Assembly (NCBI RefSeq): GCF_048934315.1
Contig: NC_133715.1
Span: forward strand, 10,945,698-11,009,697
Direction: 5' to 3'
From: Petromyzon marinus
Lineage: Eukaryota
Length of the DNA: 64,000 bases
This document shows positions 25,765-36,838 of the stretch, in pieces. The notes below the pieces were generated by a model, which saw only the letters and a program-made list of their open reading frames with translations, was not told the origin of the DNA and did not search any database. Within the stretch, counting starts at the first letter, position 1, and every line of letters begins with the position of its first letter. The translations under genes were made by a program, and so were the position numbers.

Positions 25765-25951
25765 GCGTGCCAAACTTGAGCACGTTGAATCTGCTTCCGG
25801 GCGGGAGGTGCCGGAGAGCGAAGAGGGCCAGTCTCTTCGCGTCGGTTAATGGCTGCGTTGTCATCGAGGCCGAGCAGTCGAGACACAGGACGATGTCCAC
25901 ACCTTCTGAGGGGCTCGGTGCAAACTCCGGGTAGAAGGTCAGGATGCAGGC
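25765..25951 (-). CDS. PARP4: PARP4 exon 22 (VWA domain start); ACILTFYPEFAPSPSEGVDIVLCLDCSASMTTQPLTDAKRLALFALRHLPPGSRFNVLKFGT
   Basis: Acceptor ccccaacaag|GCCTGC. Donor GGCACGC|gtaagc. The MIDAS-type motif DCSASM is present. Resembles human ACMLVFQPDL...EVIICLDCSSSM...VNIIQFGT. Confidence 0.75.
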
Positions 25952-26378
25952 CTTGTTGGGGTGACAAGCGACTGGTGTGCAACGCCTTTCAACGCGCGTT
26001 TCTAAATTGGGAACACTTTTAATCAATATGGGCGATTTTCAACAAAGTAAATACCGAACGGTAACACAACTCTCTAACGCAGTTTGGTATATGTTGGACC
26101 ATGTTAACAAGCGCTATCGAGCCCCCCTCATTCCAAACACACAGAGCTATCGGCCGAGCCCGCTCGAAAGAGATCTACATAGCTCAAATGGGCTTCAGTT
26201 GGCAAATAAACTTTTGATTTTAATTCTAATGCATAAACGCTTTCAGCTTCGGATGGAAAGCGCCCACAAGATTAACACTTTCCCATTGTCCACGAACGGC
26301 TGAAACGCAACAGACTTGATGGACGGTCTTTCCTGGGCAGGGGAGAAGATCTACGAGCTCTCGGGCATCGCCGCTCAC

Positions 26379-26516
26379 CTGGCTGTCCGTCTCGGGGTTT
26401 TGCTCCACCCACATGCGCGGCTCGTGGATCTGGGCCGGGAACACGAGCAGCTGGAACTCCGACCCCAGCGAGTCGTCGCTGGACGCCAGCTCCACCACGG
26501 CCTTGCATGCCGTACG
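26379..26516 (-). CDS. PARP4: PARP4 exon 21; RTACKAVVELASSDDSLGSEFQLLVFPAQIHEPRMWVEQNPETDSQ
   Basis: Acceptor tgtggctcag|CGTACG. Donor AGCCAG|gtgagcgg. Resembles human RTDCKAVISTMEGSSLDSSGFSLHIGLSAAYLPRMWVEKHPEKESE. Confidence 0.8.
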
Positions 26517-26844
26517 CTGAGCCACAGGCCAACATGGCGAGCGTTAATGTCGTGTCCGTGTTAAGTCGGGGGATTTCACGTGGTCATTCTCCGAGGACTA
26601 GTCGAAGGTTGGTTACGTACGGTGCGAAAGTTCAACATACATGTTCGTTGAACTTCATACATCAATCTATATGTATGTTGAACTTTATACGTATATGATG
26701 AACTTCTTTAACACCATACATAGCCACCCGTGAATAGTCAAGAGGTGCGGGGAAGGACAACAAATTAAACATACATTCATCGGACGCTCTAAAGTTAATG
26801 TGGTCCACAGTGGTTTTGTGGGTGGTTTTGTGGGTGGCGCTCAC

Positions 26845-26910
26845 CTTGACGCGGATGGCGTGCGTGGGAGAGGTAACGTTGATGATTTCGTACGGCATTT
26901 CCACAGACAC
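26845..26910 (-). CDS. PARP4: PARP4 exon 20; VSVEMPYEIINVTSPTHAIRVK
   Basis: Acceptor gtcggtgcag|GTGTCT. An alternative acceptor ctgctacag| at 26926 would break phase. Donor GTCAAG|gtgagcgcc. Resembles human MSIEMPYVIEFIFSDTHELKQK. Confidence 0.6.
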
Positions 26911-27284
26911 CTGCACCGACAAGCGTCTGTAGCAGCCAGCGCAGGTCGCACAGCGCCGTTAAAATTCAGCAGCCAAGTCCCCGTGGACGGTGTATACAGG
27001 GAAACCCATTTATAGATTTAAAAAATAATAAACTCAATCACAATCGTCATTAACACTATGGGTGTCGCCTTATAATAACAATATGCAAGAAGCGATGTTT
27101 AGAGCGATGGTCCTTCTTCATCGTGTTTATGTTGATTGACCATACTCACCACGCTCGTCAGTGTGGATCATGAAAGGGGAGTCTAGGACCGATTCCGAAC
27201 CAATCACCATTGATGTTAGCCATGGCGCGGAATGAAACCCGGGTTGCTAAAACAAAAAAAACTAAACTATTTTTATCTTAAATT

Positions 27285-27425
27285 TTGATTTAAAGCTTTC
27301 GTGACTGCAGTAATTCATATTCTTAGTTTTTTCGGTAAAGTCACGTTGAAGAGAATTTTTATTTTTTTTATTGTTTTATATATATTTTGTTATTTTGTTG
27401 TTTCTCTTCAACGTGACTTTACCGA
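27285..27425. repeat. Second foldback element of the same family
   Basis: tgatttaaagctttcgtgactgcagtaattc...cggtaaagtcacgttgaagag... is mirrored by ...cttcaacgtgactttaccgaaaaaac. Shares its termini with 10505-10770. A short related segment lies at ~58595-58640. Confidence 0.6.
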
Positions 27426-27735
27426 AAAAACTAAGAATATATTTTTATCTTGCCAAGGAAGGCCCACTGAGCTATACAGCTCTTTCTCAGAAACGAACTG
27501 GCTATCACAAATGATAGCTTAACGAAGTGGCTTATCATGTAGAGATTTATAGCAAACAAATACTCTAAACGAATTTTTCTAAATGTGGAGGGAAAACCCG
27601 GAGGACCTGGAGAAAAATCCACGCAACGACGTGGAGAACATGCAATCTCCAAATATACATGCGTCAAGGGTCTGGATCGAACCCATGACCTCCTGCATGC
27701 CAGGCGAGGGAGTTAATAGCACAACGGGACTTCAC
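27425..27735 (-). mobile_element. SINE family B copy (inverted)
   Basis: Reverse complement of the consensus; directly abuts the foldback element at 27285-27425. Confidence 0.6.
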
Positions 27736-28311
27736 TCATCGCTGGAAGCAATTATGACCGATGGATAAGACTGGTGAAGGAATGAAAGCGATGAGTTTTT
27801 ACGTAGGAGTGAGATGAATAGTTTCATCACAGCACCATGAGGAATGGCGATGGAGTGGGATTTCATTCAACAGTGGATGAACCATGGCAGCTGATGATTG
27901 TGCTGAAGTTTTAAGAATGCAAAAAGATGGCACCATTAAACATCTGTTTTAAAATGTAACAAACATTGCATTGTGTTACTTTAGTTCGATAATGAATCCG
28001 GTCCAGTTCTTATGTTTGTTATTTGTGCAACAAGTTGGTTAGAATTCACAAAGGAATCATTTGTCAATTAAGGTTCTCATTCACCAACATGATTTCAAGT
28101 TCCACCTACTAACGGTTCCATTTATGCATAAGCAATGTGAGTGGGCCTACGTAAAGGATAGTAAGAGGTTCGTGTGTTTTTAAGTACAGGCAGTCCTCGA
28201 CTTACCAACGGGTTATGTCCCTGGGACCCGTCTGTAAATCGAACAGACCCGAAGCGTGGATGTTCGCAAGTCCGTTGTTCGTAAGCCTATTGCTCGTAAG
28301 TCGAGGACTAC

Positions 28312-28437
28312 CTGTGTGTACAACAAGTGCATGGTGTTGACGCTGCTGTGCAAGTGGTAATGTTGGCCGTTGTATCTCGCGGATGGAGGCCGTTCGTACC
28401 CAGAGTGCTTTGCCACCGCCAGCGTCTCCACCGTTTC
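28312..28437 (-). CDS. PARP4: PARP4 exon 19; ETVETLAVAKHSGYERPPSARYNGQHYHLHSSVNTMHLLYTQ
   Basis: Acceptor tttcctcctccag|GAAACG. Donor ACACAG|gtagtc. Phase 0, 42 codons. Confidence 0.6.
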
Positions 28438-29289
28438 CTGGAGGAGGAAACGCGCCGCACTCGTAACTTACATGACATTTCACGTCCAGGGAATACTCAG
28501 TGCTGGATTAAGCTAGTGCGGGGCCTGTAGCATATGCTCTAAATGAAAAAATAAAGAATAACTATTAAAAAACATTTTTAACTGGCATAGTGAAGTAATT
28601 GTATTTTTTCACTTGCTATACAGCCAGATAATACGGCAAATCGCTAACCTTAAACACCCAGTCGTGTATAAAAGTTGATGGCAGTATAGTACTATAGTAA
28701 CAGAGCAAGTGCAGAATCACTGAACCGGAATTGATAGCTTGAACGCATGTAGATACTTTTGCTACTAGGATAATCCGGCACTGGGAATACTTCTGCTGTT
28801 ATTGCGACAGCTAAACATAAGAATTTTAAGTCAGTAGGGTTGGCGTGATATGGCGATACCATGATGCATAGTATGATATACTAGTCGCGATAATTGTATC
28901 CGTTTTATAAATATCGTTGTATTATAAAATAATAATTTCAACTTATAACGTGCCACTGCACAGTATTCACTCACTCACCAAGAGAAACAACGACTCAAGA
29001 GGTGCGAGGATGAACCACAGACGAGCGGGAAGGCAAGACATTCGATGAGGCGGCATTATCAGCCAATTAATGAGTGTTTACATGTGGGAGAAAACCAGAG
29101 CACCCGGAGAAAACCCACGTGTGCGAGGGGGAAACACTCTATCCCATCCTGACAGGAGGAGCCCATATTTTTTTACTGTATTGACTTGTGGCGAGCCAAG
29201 CAACTAATCAACACCTACGGGGAGTTTCGCAACATTTATGCGATCCGCTCTCGCTGCCTCCACAGTGCGTGTGCGCGCGTGAGCTGCAC

Positions 29290-29380
29290 TTGCATGGCAC
29301 AAGTGTACCTAGCCTGGCACAAGCTCCGCGGTGACGTCACCGCCACCTAGGTGACGAATGGTGGCTGTTTGTAGTTGTCG
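29290..29380 (+). mobile_element. Short fragment of the same LINE 3' end
   Basis: Sequence ...catggcacaagctccgcggtgacgtcaccgccacctaggtg resembles 36040-36085. Confidence 0.45.
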
Positions 29381-29398
29381 TTGCTACTGCTGCTGCAC

Positions 29399-29563
29399 CT
29401 GAGTGACGTCGCCGGTGGCGAGCCGCTGTTGCCACGGCGCCAGGTTCCCCGGCAGCCGGAAGCGGACGGCGGCCCCTTCGGCGGCGAGCTCGCACACGTA
29501 GGTGACCTTGATGAGCACGCGGCACGCCGGCGGCAGGTTCCCCACGCTGACCACAAACACGTC
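29399..29563 (-). CDS. PARP4: PARP4 exon 18 (VIT); DVFVVSVGNLPPACRVLIKVTYVCELAAEGAAVRFRLPGNLAPWQQRLATGDVTQ
   Basis: Acceptor ccgccgtggcag|GACGTG. Donor ACTCAG|gtgcag. Resembles human DVFTVSVGNLPPKAKVLIKITYITEL...MPATVAPWQQ. Confidence 0.85.
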
Positions 29564-30019
29564 CTGCCACGGCGGAGGTGGGCGGGGAGGACATCGGGTC
29601 AACCGTCAGTCCCTCCGCTCTCTTTCCTCGTCTCTCTCCGAGTACGGCCGGGCCTCCGATATTCGCTTCCTCCTCGACTGTTTTTTTGAGATTCACAGGG
29701 ACGACCTGACCCCCTGACCAGGGCCGGTCGGCCACAACGTCGAGATCCTCATTCCCTCTCAGTGACAGAGTATAAACAACCCTGTTATTGTCTGCAATTG
29801 TATCGATGTACACATACGGCCCTTTTGTCAATCGTCGCAACATGCGGGTCGTAGGGGTTGTGTAATGATGGGCAGTGTGGGTGGGTGAAGCCAAGGAGTA
29901 TAGATAATGGAGCATGGTACAATACAGCTCAGTTAAGTTTATTTAAAATTTCCCTGTGAGCCAATAAGTTCTTAAATCAGCAATGGCTTTAAACTATAAA
30001 AACAAAAACAAAAAAAATT

Positions 30020-30305
30020 GTATTTTACCAGGCAAGGCCCACTGAGCTGTAAAGCTCTTTTTCATCAGCGACCTGGCCACAAATGATAGCTCAACGAAGT
30101 GGCTTATCGCGTGGAAAGGTATAGCAACCAAATACTATAAACGCATGTTGATTCTAAATGTGGAAGGAAAAACCGGAGGACCCGGAGAAAAATCCACACG
30201 ACCACGGGGAGAACATGCAAACTCCATATATGCAGGCGTCAGGGTCAGCATTTAACCCAGGACCTCCTGTATACCAAGCGAGGTAGTTAACATCTCGTCA
30301 CCGTG
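30020..30305 (-). mobile_element. SINE family B copy (inverted)
   Basis: Reverse complement of the consensus. A further fragment lies at ~29075-29160. Confidence 0.55.
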
Positions 30306-31265
30306 GCACCCCGATTTTGCTGCACTAGGCCCTCGTCTGCTGACAACGTAGCCTCGCAGAAGCTTCCAGCACCTGTTGCATTGCATGGTGGCCACCCATC
30401 CAAGCACTATCCAAGCAGGTGCAACCCTAGCTTCACTTCTGACGAGATCGGTCGCATTTTCTGGGTGATCTGGTCATAACAAACACATTTGTAGTGACTG
30501 TGAATGTCACTGTGTGGTGCCGGGCTTGCAAGGCCACGGCGGCTAATGTGTTGTCATTATGTGCAGCCCGGTTACTGGGCATAATACCAGCCCGAGCGGG
30601 GCTTGGGTGAGCGCTGGTTAGCGCAGAGGCACCACGTACGGTGTGCGGTGCGGGCTCCCGGTGAGGGAGCGAGAGAGAGTGTCAGCCAGCCAGGGTTACG
30701 CTGGGGCACGATACGCCGGTTGACCTGCCGACATGTGACCGGATGATATTGGAGGGGGGCCACTGGTGGACAGGGGCCGCTGGGTGGTCACGTGGCATAG
30801 AGGAGCTCTCGGGAGCCTTCAAGAAAGAGCTCGAGAGATCTAGAAGGTGGGCGAGGCGAGAGGCAGAGCCAGCCCCAGCCCGGGCCGATATAACGGGGGC
30901 CCCGTGTGGGGCTCGGGGTTCTTGACTGTTGGTGAGTGAAGATCCACATCGGGTTGAAGAAGCCTCTAGCCACGCGGTCCGGGACCCAGCTCGTGGCCCG
31001 GGCCAGGATAGCGGGACCGTGTCTAGTTTTGCCGTAGCGTGGTTAGATGGGCGTTCAACACCCGAGTGTAGGTTACGTTATGTTGCGTTGAGTTGATGTA
31101 ATAAATAGTGTTGCTCCCAAAGACAACGTCTGCAACTCAGTTGGACTCACGACACATTTATCTGACCTGAGCAAGCAGCGGTTCGGCAACTCGGTGTGAT
31201 GTCGAGGCACCGACGTGTGCCGCGTGTTTTCCGTGACCATGGAGTGTGGTGCGTGTTATATTCAC

Positions 31266-31352
31266 CGGGGACTCCTGGTCCATGAGATAGGCCCCATGGC
31301 CCTGGCTCACTGCATTGCGGTACTGCTGGTGGGCGGTCTCTTTTTCCTTCAC
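31266..31352 (-). CDS. PARP4: PARP4 exon 17 (VIT); VKEKETAHQQYRNAVSQGHGAYLMDQESP
   Basis: Acceptor ttttctttcag|GTGAAG. Donor TCCCCG|gtgaat. Resembles human IKEKEEAQQEYLEAVTQGHGAYLMSQDAP. Confidence 0.85.
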
Positions 31353-31581
31353 CTGAAAGAAAAGGCATATAGAGCGAGTGCAGTCATCATAATAATTTAA
31401 GCTTGTAACGTGCACGGTATTCACTCACTCTCGAAGAGAGAGTGACTCAGAGGCGCAGTGAGGAACCACCGACAAGCAGGAAGGCAACAGCGCGGTGAGC
31501 AGGCGTCACCGTCCCGGAAGGCGACGCTGTGCACCGAAGCCGCCCGCGAGGGCGCGAGAGGCCCAAAGGGCAGCGCCGCAC

Positions 31582-31713
31582 CTGCCCCACGATGTGCTTG
31601 CCGTTGATGAAGGCCTCGAAGCTGCACACAGCCGCCATCTCGTCAAGTGGGAAGGTGTACTTGGCCTCGATGGGCTCCGTGCTGTCATTGTCGTACTCCT
31701 GCATCACCACCAC
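31582..31713 (-). CDS. PARP4: PARP4 exon 16 (VIT domain); VVVMQEYDNDSTEPIEAKYTFPLDEMAAVCSFEAFINGKHIVGQ
   Basis: Acceptor ccccacccag|GTGGTG. Donor GGGCAG|gtgcgg. Near-identical to human VIVFQTYTNKSHVPIEAKYIFPLDDKAAVCGFEAFINGKHIVGE. Confidence 0.85.
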
Positions 31714-32388
31714 CTGGGTGGGGGTGGGGGGGGGGGGGTGCGGTCGCTCAAATGAAGACAACTTTGTGGGAATTCAGAGAGTGGCCCACTAGAGCAGCGT
31801 CCCGTGGGCATCGCTACGCTACAGCCAGAGGCAAGCGACCGGTGATGAGGGAATTTGCGGCAACAGCAACGAGCAGTGTGAGCGAGGAGACAATCCCGGA
31901 TTTGCTGAGCCCCTTGAGGAGAGGAAAGCGTCAAGTCTGTGTGCAGGTGATCAACAAACACAAACGTGGATGGTCAAGAAACGATAAGAGGGGTCCGTGT
32001 TTACTTTTTCTTTTCCTTGAACCTACTGCTAGTTGTGCTGTACAGCGCTCCCGTGTATTTTCGGGCTGTACTCTGTGCATTATTTGGCACAGAATCAGAA
32101 CATAAACTTTTTCAGAGGAATCCGATGAGCTGTAAAGCATTTTTTTTCACAGATGTCCAGTACACGACATCCGACGCTTCGCTCCACGTGGTGAGAGCTT
32201 CTTAAGGAAGTCTACGCTGGTGAATTCAGCTCCTGAAGATGCTCCCAGCAGGCGCAGGGAAATGTCGGGACGTGACGCCAAACAACAACCCCACGGGGTA
32301 CTGCCCAAATAAATACATCGGAGACCTTTGATTTGAATGCGTTTTCTAATCTCTTTGGCCGCTCTGAACCCCCTCCTCCCCGTCTCAC

Positions 32389-32537
32389 CTGGGCGGTAAA
32401 ATCGAGGATGTTTGCCCGCACGTGCACGGCCTTGAGAGGCACGGGCGACCCCACTCCCGAGTGTAACCCGCTCAGCCTCTGCTTCGGTTCTCCTTGCTCA
32501 GGCAGCAACTCCGGGATGTTGGGCTCAGGAAGAATTC
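32389..32537 (-). CDS. PARP4: PARP4 exon 15; (R)ILPEPNIPELLPEQGEPKQRLSGLHSGVGSPVPLKAVHVRANILDFTAQ
   Basis: Acceptor atgtcag|GAATTC. Donor CGCCCAG|gtgagacg. Resembles human GLQDASGNLVPLEDVHIKGRIIDTVAQ. The in-frame ATG at 32544 is internal to the gene, not a translation start. Confidence 0.75.
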
Positions 32538-32912
32538 CTGACATTGGGATGAGCAAAATGCAAAAAAAAAAAAAAAACCCAGTAAGAATTAAGTGTCTTC
32601 CCTGTGCACTTGACCATGGGGCGGCACTCACATAAGTTGATGGCCCCGAGCCGTTGATGGAAATTCTACATTAAACCCAATCATGGTATAATGCGGGTTT
32701 ATATCTACATTGATATAAATGTGTCTAAATGTGATAAAAACTCAAGACGCTGACACCACTCACCTGACACAACTCATAACTCACCTGATACCACTCACCA
32801 CACAGACACCGCTAACCACACACCTGACACCAACACAACACAATTTAGATTCATAGAGCTTTTAAATACGACCGCATCTCAAGCCACCGCGTAGTAAACA
32901 CATAGTGCTCAC

Positions 32913-33057
32913 TCTCATCGGCAGGGGTTTCTGGGGCTTCATAAAACTCTTCAGCGTCCGAGTTCTCCTCCTCTTTCACCACGTCAGATTCCAGGCAAAA
33001 CTGAACGATGTAGCGGAGCTTCTGCTGCCGGGGATCGTAAATCACAAACTCGTCGTC
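32913..33057 (-). CDS. PARP4: PARP4 exon 14 (catalytic C-terminus); DDEFVIYDPRQQKLRYIVQFCLESDVVKEEENSDAEEFYEAPETPADE
   Basis: Acceptor gtgcgcag|GACGAC. Donor GATGAGA|gtgagc. Matches the PARP family end motif (PARP1 [21 protein letters not shown]; human PARP4 DDEFVVYKTNQVKMKYIIKF). Confidence 0.8.
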
Positions 33058-34156
33058 CTGCGCACGCAGACACGCAGCGGGAGAAACGGTTGTCGCCACT
33101 TTAGCCGCCAATGCCCTGAGACCACGATGACAGCACGAAGTTCGCTGCGGCTCACGCATTCAAACATTCACTTGTGCCCGTTCGAAATACAGCCAACTCT
33201 CGATTATCCCAGGTCGTGTTGGGGGGAGGGTGGCCCGCAGATAAAATAAAAACACAGACATGAAACATTTATAATTTAGGATATGAAAGCGTAATAGTCC
33301 AATTGAACCCAAAAGCCTTCGCAACCAATTTCATGATTCCCAATAGATTTTTGGTTTTGGTCAGATCGCGCAAATTTGTGTGTTGTACACCCTCCTCCAC
33401 ACGGAACATTCAATTAATAAAGTTGTCATGAAAACAAACGTTGCAGTTTATTACTGCTTCAGCAACAACGGTGTGTTGGAGACCAATTCATAACATTTAA
33501 TCATCTGGCACGACTTTCCATGGTAGTTACACAGCCAGCATTATAAGACAGTTTCCAGAAATATGAAAATGTCCCTCCAGTCTTGGGCCTTAAATCGGTG
33601 GTGTGATGTCATCAATGTGCTCTCTTCTGGATACATATTGATGACATCGCACCACTTGTTTGTAATAGTTGTTCATGTACAATGGGTTTACAGACGTAGG
33701 AATCGTCATCGATTTTGATAACGTAATTGTATTACTTTATGACACGTTTGAGTTCACGTGGGTAGAGTCAAGCAATTGTGGCAAACAAGGGATTGGAATC
33801 TGCAGCGTGGAGGTCTAGTTTTTGGTTTTCAATTTTAGATGTTTATCTGGTTCAAGGGAGCTTACCCACACGGCTGAATGCACCAGCGTAAACAGGGTAC
33901 TCTGCCACCTCTCTCGTGTTTTTGGGTGTTTTTGGGATGTACCATGCACGTGTTGTTCCACACCAATGTCCGACTGTCCGCTGCACTCGCTGGCAGCTCC
34001 CGAAGAAGCTCCCAGCACGAGCGAGACGTCGGGACGCCGCGACTTTCGACGCGCGCGACAACCCCGAAAGCACACCCCGGGGGGCGCTACGCGGCACGAC
34101 CGCAAACAGCCGCGAGGCAGCGTTGCCCTCTCGCCAACGCCGCGTCCATCCCTCAC

Positions 34157-34343
34157 CTCAAACTCGGAGGCGGTGCCCGGGGTGGCGCGCACGCCGTGCA
34201 GGCTGTCGTGGCCCTGCGGAGGCGCGGCGAGCGAGCGGTCGCGGCGGCGCACCAAGTGGCAGCGGCCCAGCGCCACGTCGCACACGGCGAGCACGCGGCC
34301 ACCGTCTCGAGCTGCGGCGCGCCGAGCGTACTTCACGCTCGTG
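34157..34343 (-). CDS. PARP4: PARP4 exon 13 (catalytic); (S)TSVKYARRAAARDGGRVLAVCDVALGRCHLVRRRDRSLAAPPQGHDSLHGVRATPGTASEFE
   Basis: Acceptor ccgctcgcag|CACGAG. Donor TTTGAG|gtgagggatgg. Resembles human STSIKYSHPGETDGTRLLLICDVALGKC...GYDSVHGVSQTASVTTDFE. The exon sits in an unusually GC-rich block. Confidence 0.8.
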
Positions 34344-34424
34344 CTGCGAGCGGGGAGACACGGGCACGCGGGGAAGACGCCGCCATCGTTACCCCTTCGC
34401 GTTAATTCATTCAGAGGGCAGCGC

Positions 34425-34433
34425 CGCCGCCGC

Positions 34434-34467
<34 letters not shown>

Positions 34468-34478
34468 ACGACCAACAC
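34425..34478. repeat. (GCC)9(GTC)8 compound triplet repeat
   Basis: Simple sequence in PARP4 intron 12, adjacent to the GC-rich exon 13. Confidence 0.85.
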
Positions 34479-35045
34479 CACACACGTAGCGACCACTGGA
34501 ACGATTATTCCATTCGGAACAGATCGATCGCTTCACTACCGCTTGTCTTTGTGGCAAATTTGTTCCGATTGTGCTTTCGGCGTCACGTCACACAAGGTGT
34601 CATCAGTGGCTTGAACTCCTGTGCAAAAAAAACATGCAGTCTCGTGTGGAATTTTGTCCACGCAGACAATATGCAATTTTTTATGTGCTCATTTATTCAA
34701 TAATTCCGCAATCAAGAGTTACGCTTGTTTAACCTGGGGAGAACTCAAGAACGGTTGGCTATGTACCCCCCCCCCGCACCTCTGAATAGCACGGTTGGCT
34801 ACGTAAGGTGTGAAAGAAGTCCAACGTACTTGCACACAAGAAAGCATGATTAGTGAGGGAGGTCACCAAAATTACAAAAGGCTGCAGCCATTCATGCAAC
34901 AAATTCCGCGAACCTCTGTAGTCACTAGACATCCTCCACGCACCACAGGAGCAATAAACAGATCGATTCATTCACCGAATCGTGAGGGAAGAAGAGTGGA
35001 AGGGAGAACGGTCCATGACTAATCAACACCATATACGGGCAGCAC

Positions 35046-35144
35046 CTTATGGAGTCACTGAAGTAAATGCCACATCCCAGCATGCCAATGTCCGTGCGCT
35101 CCACTCCAAACTCCCCCACCACCGTCTTGGGCAGCAGCAGGCCC
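35046..35144 (-). CDS. PARP4: PARP4 exon 12 (catalytic); (R)GLLLPKTVVGEFGVERTDIGMLGCGIYFSDSI
   Basis: Acceptor tttgttcaag|GGGCCTG. Donor CCATAAG|gtgctg. Resembles human RGLLLPKVVEDRGVQRTDVGNLGSGIYFSDSL. Confidence 0.8.
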
Positions 35145-35289
35145 CTTGAACAAATGTAGAGATACAAGGAGGTGAATTAATAACTACAGGTTATGTGAGT
35201 GTGTGGGTGTGTTTGTGAGTGTGTGTGTTTGTGTTGGTGTGTTTGTGTGTGTTTGTGTGTTTGTGTGTTTGTGTGAGTGTGTTTGCTCC

Positions 35290-36110
35290 AGTTTAATAGC
35301 AGAGGTCTCACTCCGAATCAGTCGAGCGGCAATATCTTTTCATCGGTTGCGTAACGCTGTGTGGAAGCTACCTAGTCTGTCGCTCTGCACTAAGCTTCAG
35401 GTCTTCTCGGCCACGGTCATTCCCTCCCTTCTCTACGCTTGCGAAAAGTGGACCCCCATAATGGAACATCTTCGCCGGTTAGCCTGCCTACGATCCATCC
35501 TGGGTTGAACCAGGCTGGATTGTGTGAGGAGCTCACAAATCTTTGAAAGATCTGGGCAAGATCCCATCGGTAAGCTCCTCCGGCAGGCAAGGCTGCGTTG
35601 GCTGGGTCATGTAGCCCGCATGCCCAGCCACCGCATGCCGAAACAGCTTTTGTTCGGCCGGATCGAGGGGGCTAAACGGGCGCGGCACGGGCTAGAGAAG
35701 AGATGGAGTAATGTGGTACAGGAGGACGTGGAGCTGAGTGGACTTGCCGATGACTGGTAACAGCGGTGTCAAGATCGGCCTCTGTGGAGGAGGCTCGTGA
35801 AGGATGCTACTGGGCAGTTGGAGGCAGTCGCCCTCCAACAACAACGGAGGGCGGAGGAGCAACGCTCACAACAACGAGCGGAGCGCCGGGTGGCTAAAGC
35901 ACAGCAGGTTGGCACAGTAGGGGGCACAGGTGGTTCATCAGCCAGTTATCTTAGTCAGTCGACCTATGGCACTTGGGTCTGCCCCGTGACCTCCTGCCAA
36001 CGGGCGTTCGACACTTCACGTGGCCTCAGGGTGCACATGGCCTGGCACAAGCGTCGTGGTGACGTCACCGCCACTTAGTCGTGAATGGCGGTTGTTGTTG
36101 TTTATGTGTG
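35290..36110 (+). mobile_element. LINE 3'-end fragment (ORF2 C-terminus plus 3' UTR) ending in a (GT)-rich microsatellite
   Basis: ORFs 35524..35760 (…LRWLGHVARMPSHRMPKQLLFGRIEG…) and 35797..36078 (…WVCPVTSCQRAFDTSRGLRVHMAWHKRRGDVTAT*) show the characteristic LRWxGHVxRM motif and a C2H2-like tail. A shorter copy of the same 3' end lies at 29290-29380. Confidence 0.6.
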
Positions 36111-36210
36111 AGTGTGTTTGTGTGTGTGTGTGCTTGTGTGAGTGTTTATGTGAGTGTGTGAGTGTTCGTGTGGATGTTTGTATGGGTGCTTGCCAACAGC
36201 CGTATTGTAT

Positions 36211-36838
36211 GGGGATCGGTAGTGTAGCGGTTAGCGCACTGCGCTACGAACCTGGCGACCCGGATTCGATTCCCGCTCACGGCGAACACCAGTGACGATC
36301 ATCTGAACCGGTCCTGGGCCTCCCCTAGGTCGACACTTGGTGCGATGTGTAAATATTGCCGCTAGGGAGACAAAGGCGGCCGGGCGTGGTGCTGGCCACC
36401 CACCCCCTCGTGTGCCGTGCCGGCCTTCATAGGTGCTTGCTAACAGCACTTGCCCCTACAGTCTGTTAAGGCTATACGGGGGATCTTTGTCTATGTGTTT
36501 GTGTGTGTGCTCGCCAATAGCCGTATTGTAGCGGGGAGCGGCAGCGATGAGCACGCTGCTCTACGAACCCTTGCAACCCGAGTGTGATTCCCGCTCACAG
36601 CCAACACCGGTGACGATTACCTGAACCGGTCCTGGGTCTTCTCTAGGTTGACTCAGCCTCAAATAAGTAGCTGGTGCGATGTGCAAACATTGCCACTAAG
36701 GAGACAAAGGCGGCCGGGCATGCTGCTGGCCACCCACACCCTCGTGTACTGTGCCGGCCTTTATAAGTGTTGGCTAAGAGCACTTGCCCCAAGAGTCTGT
36801 TAAGGCTATACGGGGGATCTTTGTCTTTGATCGCTAAT
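36211..36838 (+). mobile_element. Two tandem SINE family A copies (~36211-36492 and ~36493-36838)
   Basis: The head GGGGATCGGTAGTGTAGCGGTTAGCGCACTGCGCTACGAACC...GGATTCGATTCCCGC is tRNA-like. Each unit is preceded by the same gccaa(c/t)agccgtattgta junction, so the unit was tandemly duplicated. Confidence 0.6.

Noticed and set aside
26911-26926. Alternative acceptor ctgctacag| for PARP4 exon 20
   Set aside because: It gives phase 1 after a phase-0 exon. tgcag|GTGTCT at 26910 keeps the frame.
32389-32631. ATG at 32544 (MSGILPEPN…) looked like the start of a VWA5A-like gene with VIT and VWA domains
   Set aside because: An acceptor atgtcag|GAATTC inside that codon splices in phase to the upstream PARP catalytic exon. 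BRCT and PARP exons lie further upstream. The gene is PARP4, not VWA5A or ITIH.
33822-34703. Arg-rich ORFs on the plus strand and a GTG-initiated 173-aa ORF on the minus strand in a CpG-rich block, first taken for a promoter or first exon
   Set aside because: The plus-strand ORFs are GC-composition artefacts. The minus-strand frame is PARP4 internal exon 13, with acceptor and donor and no ATG.
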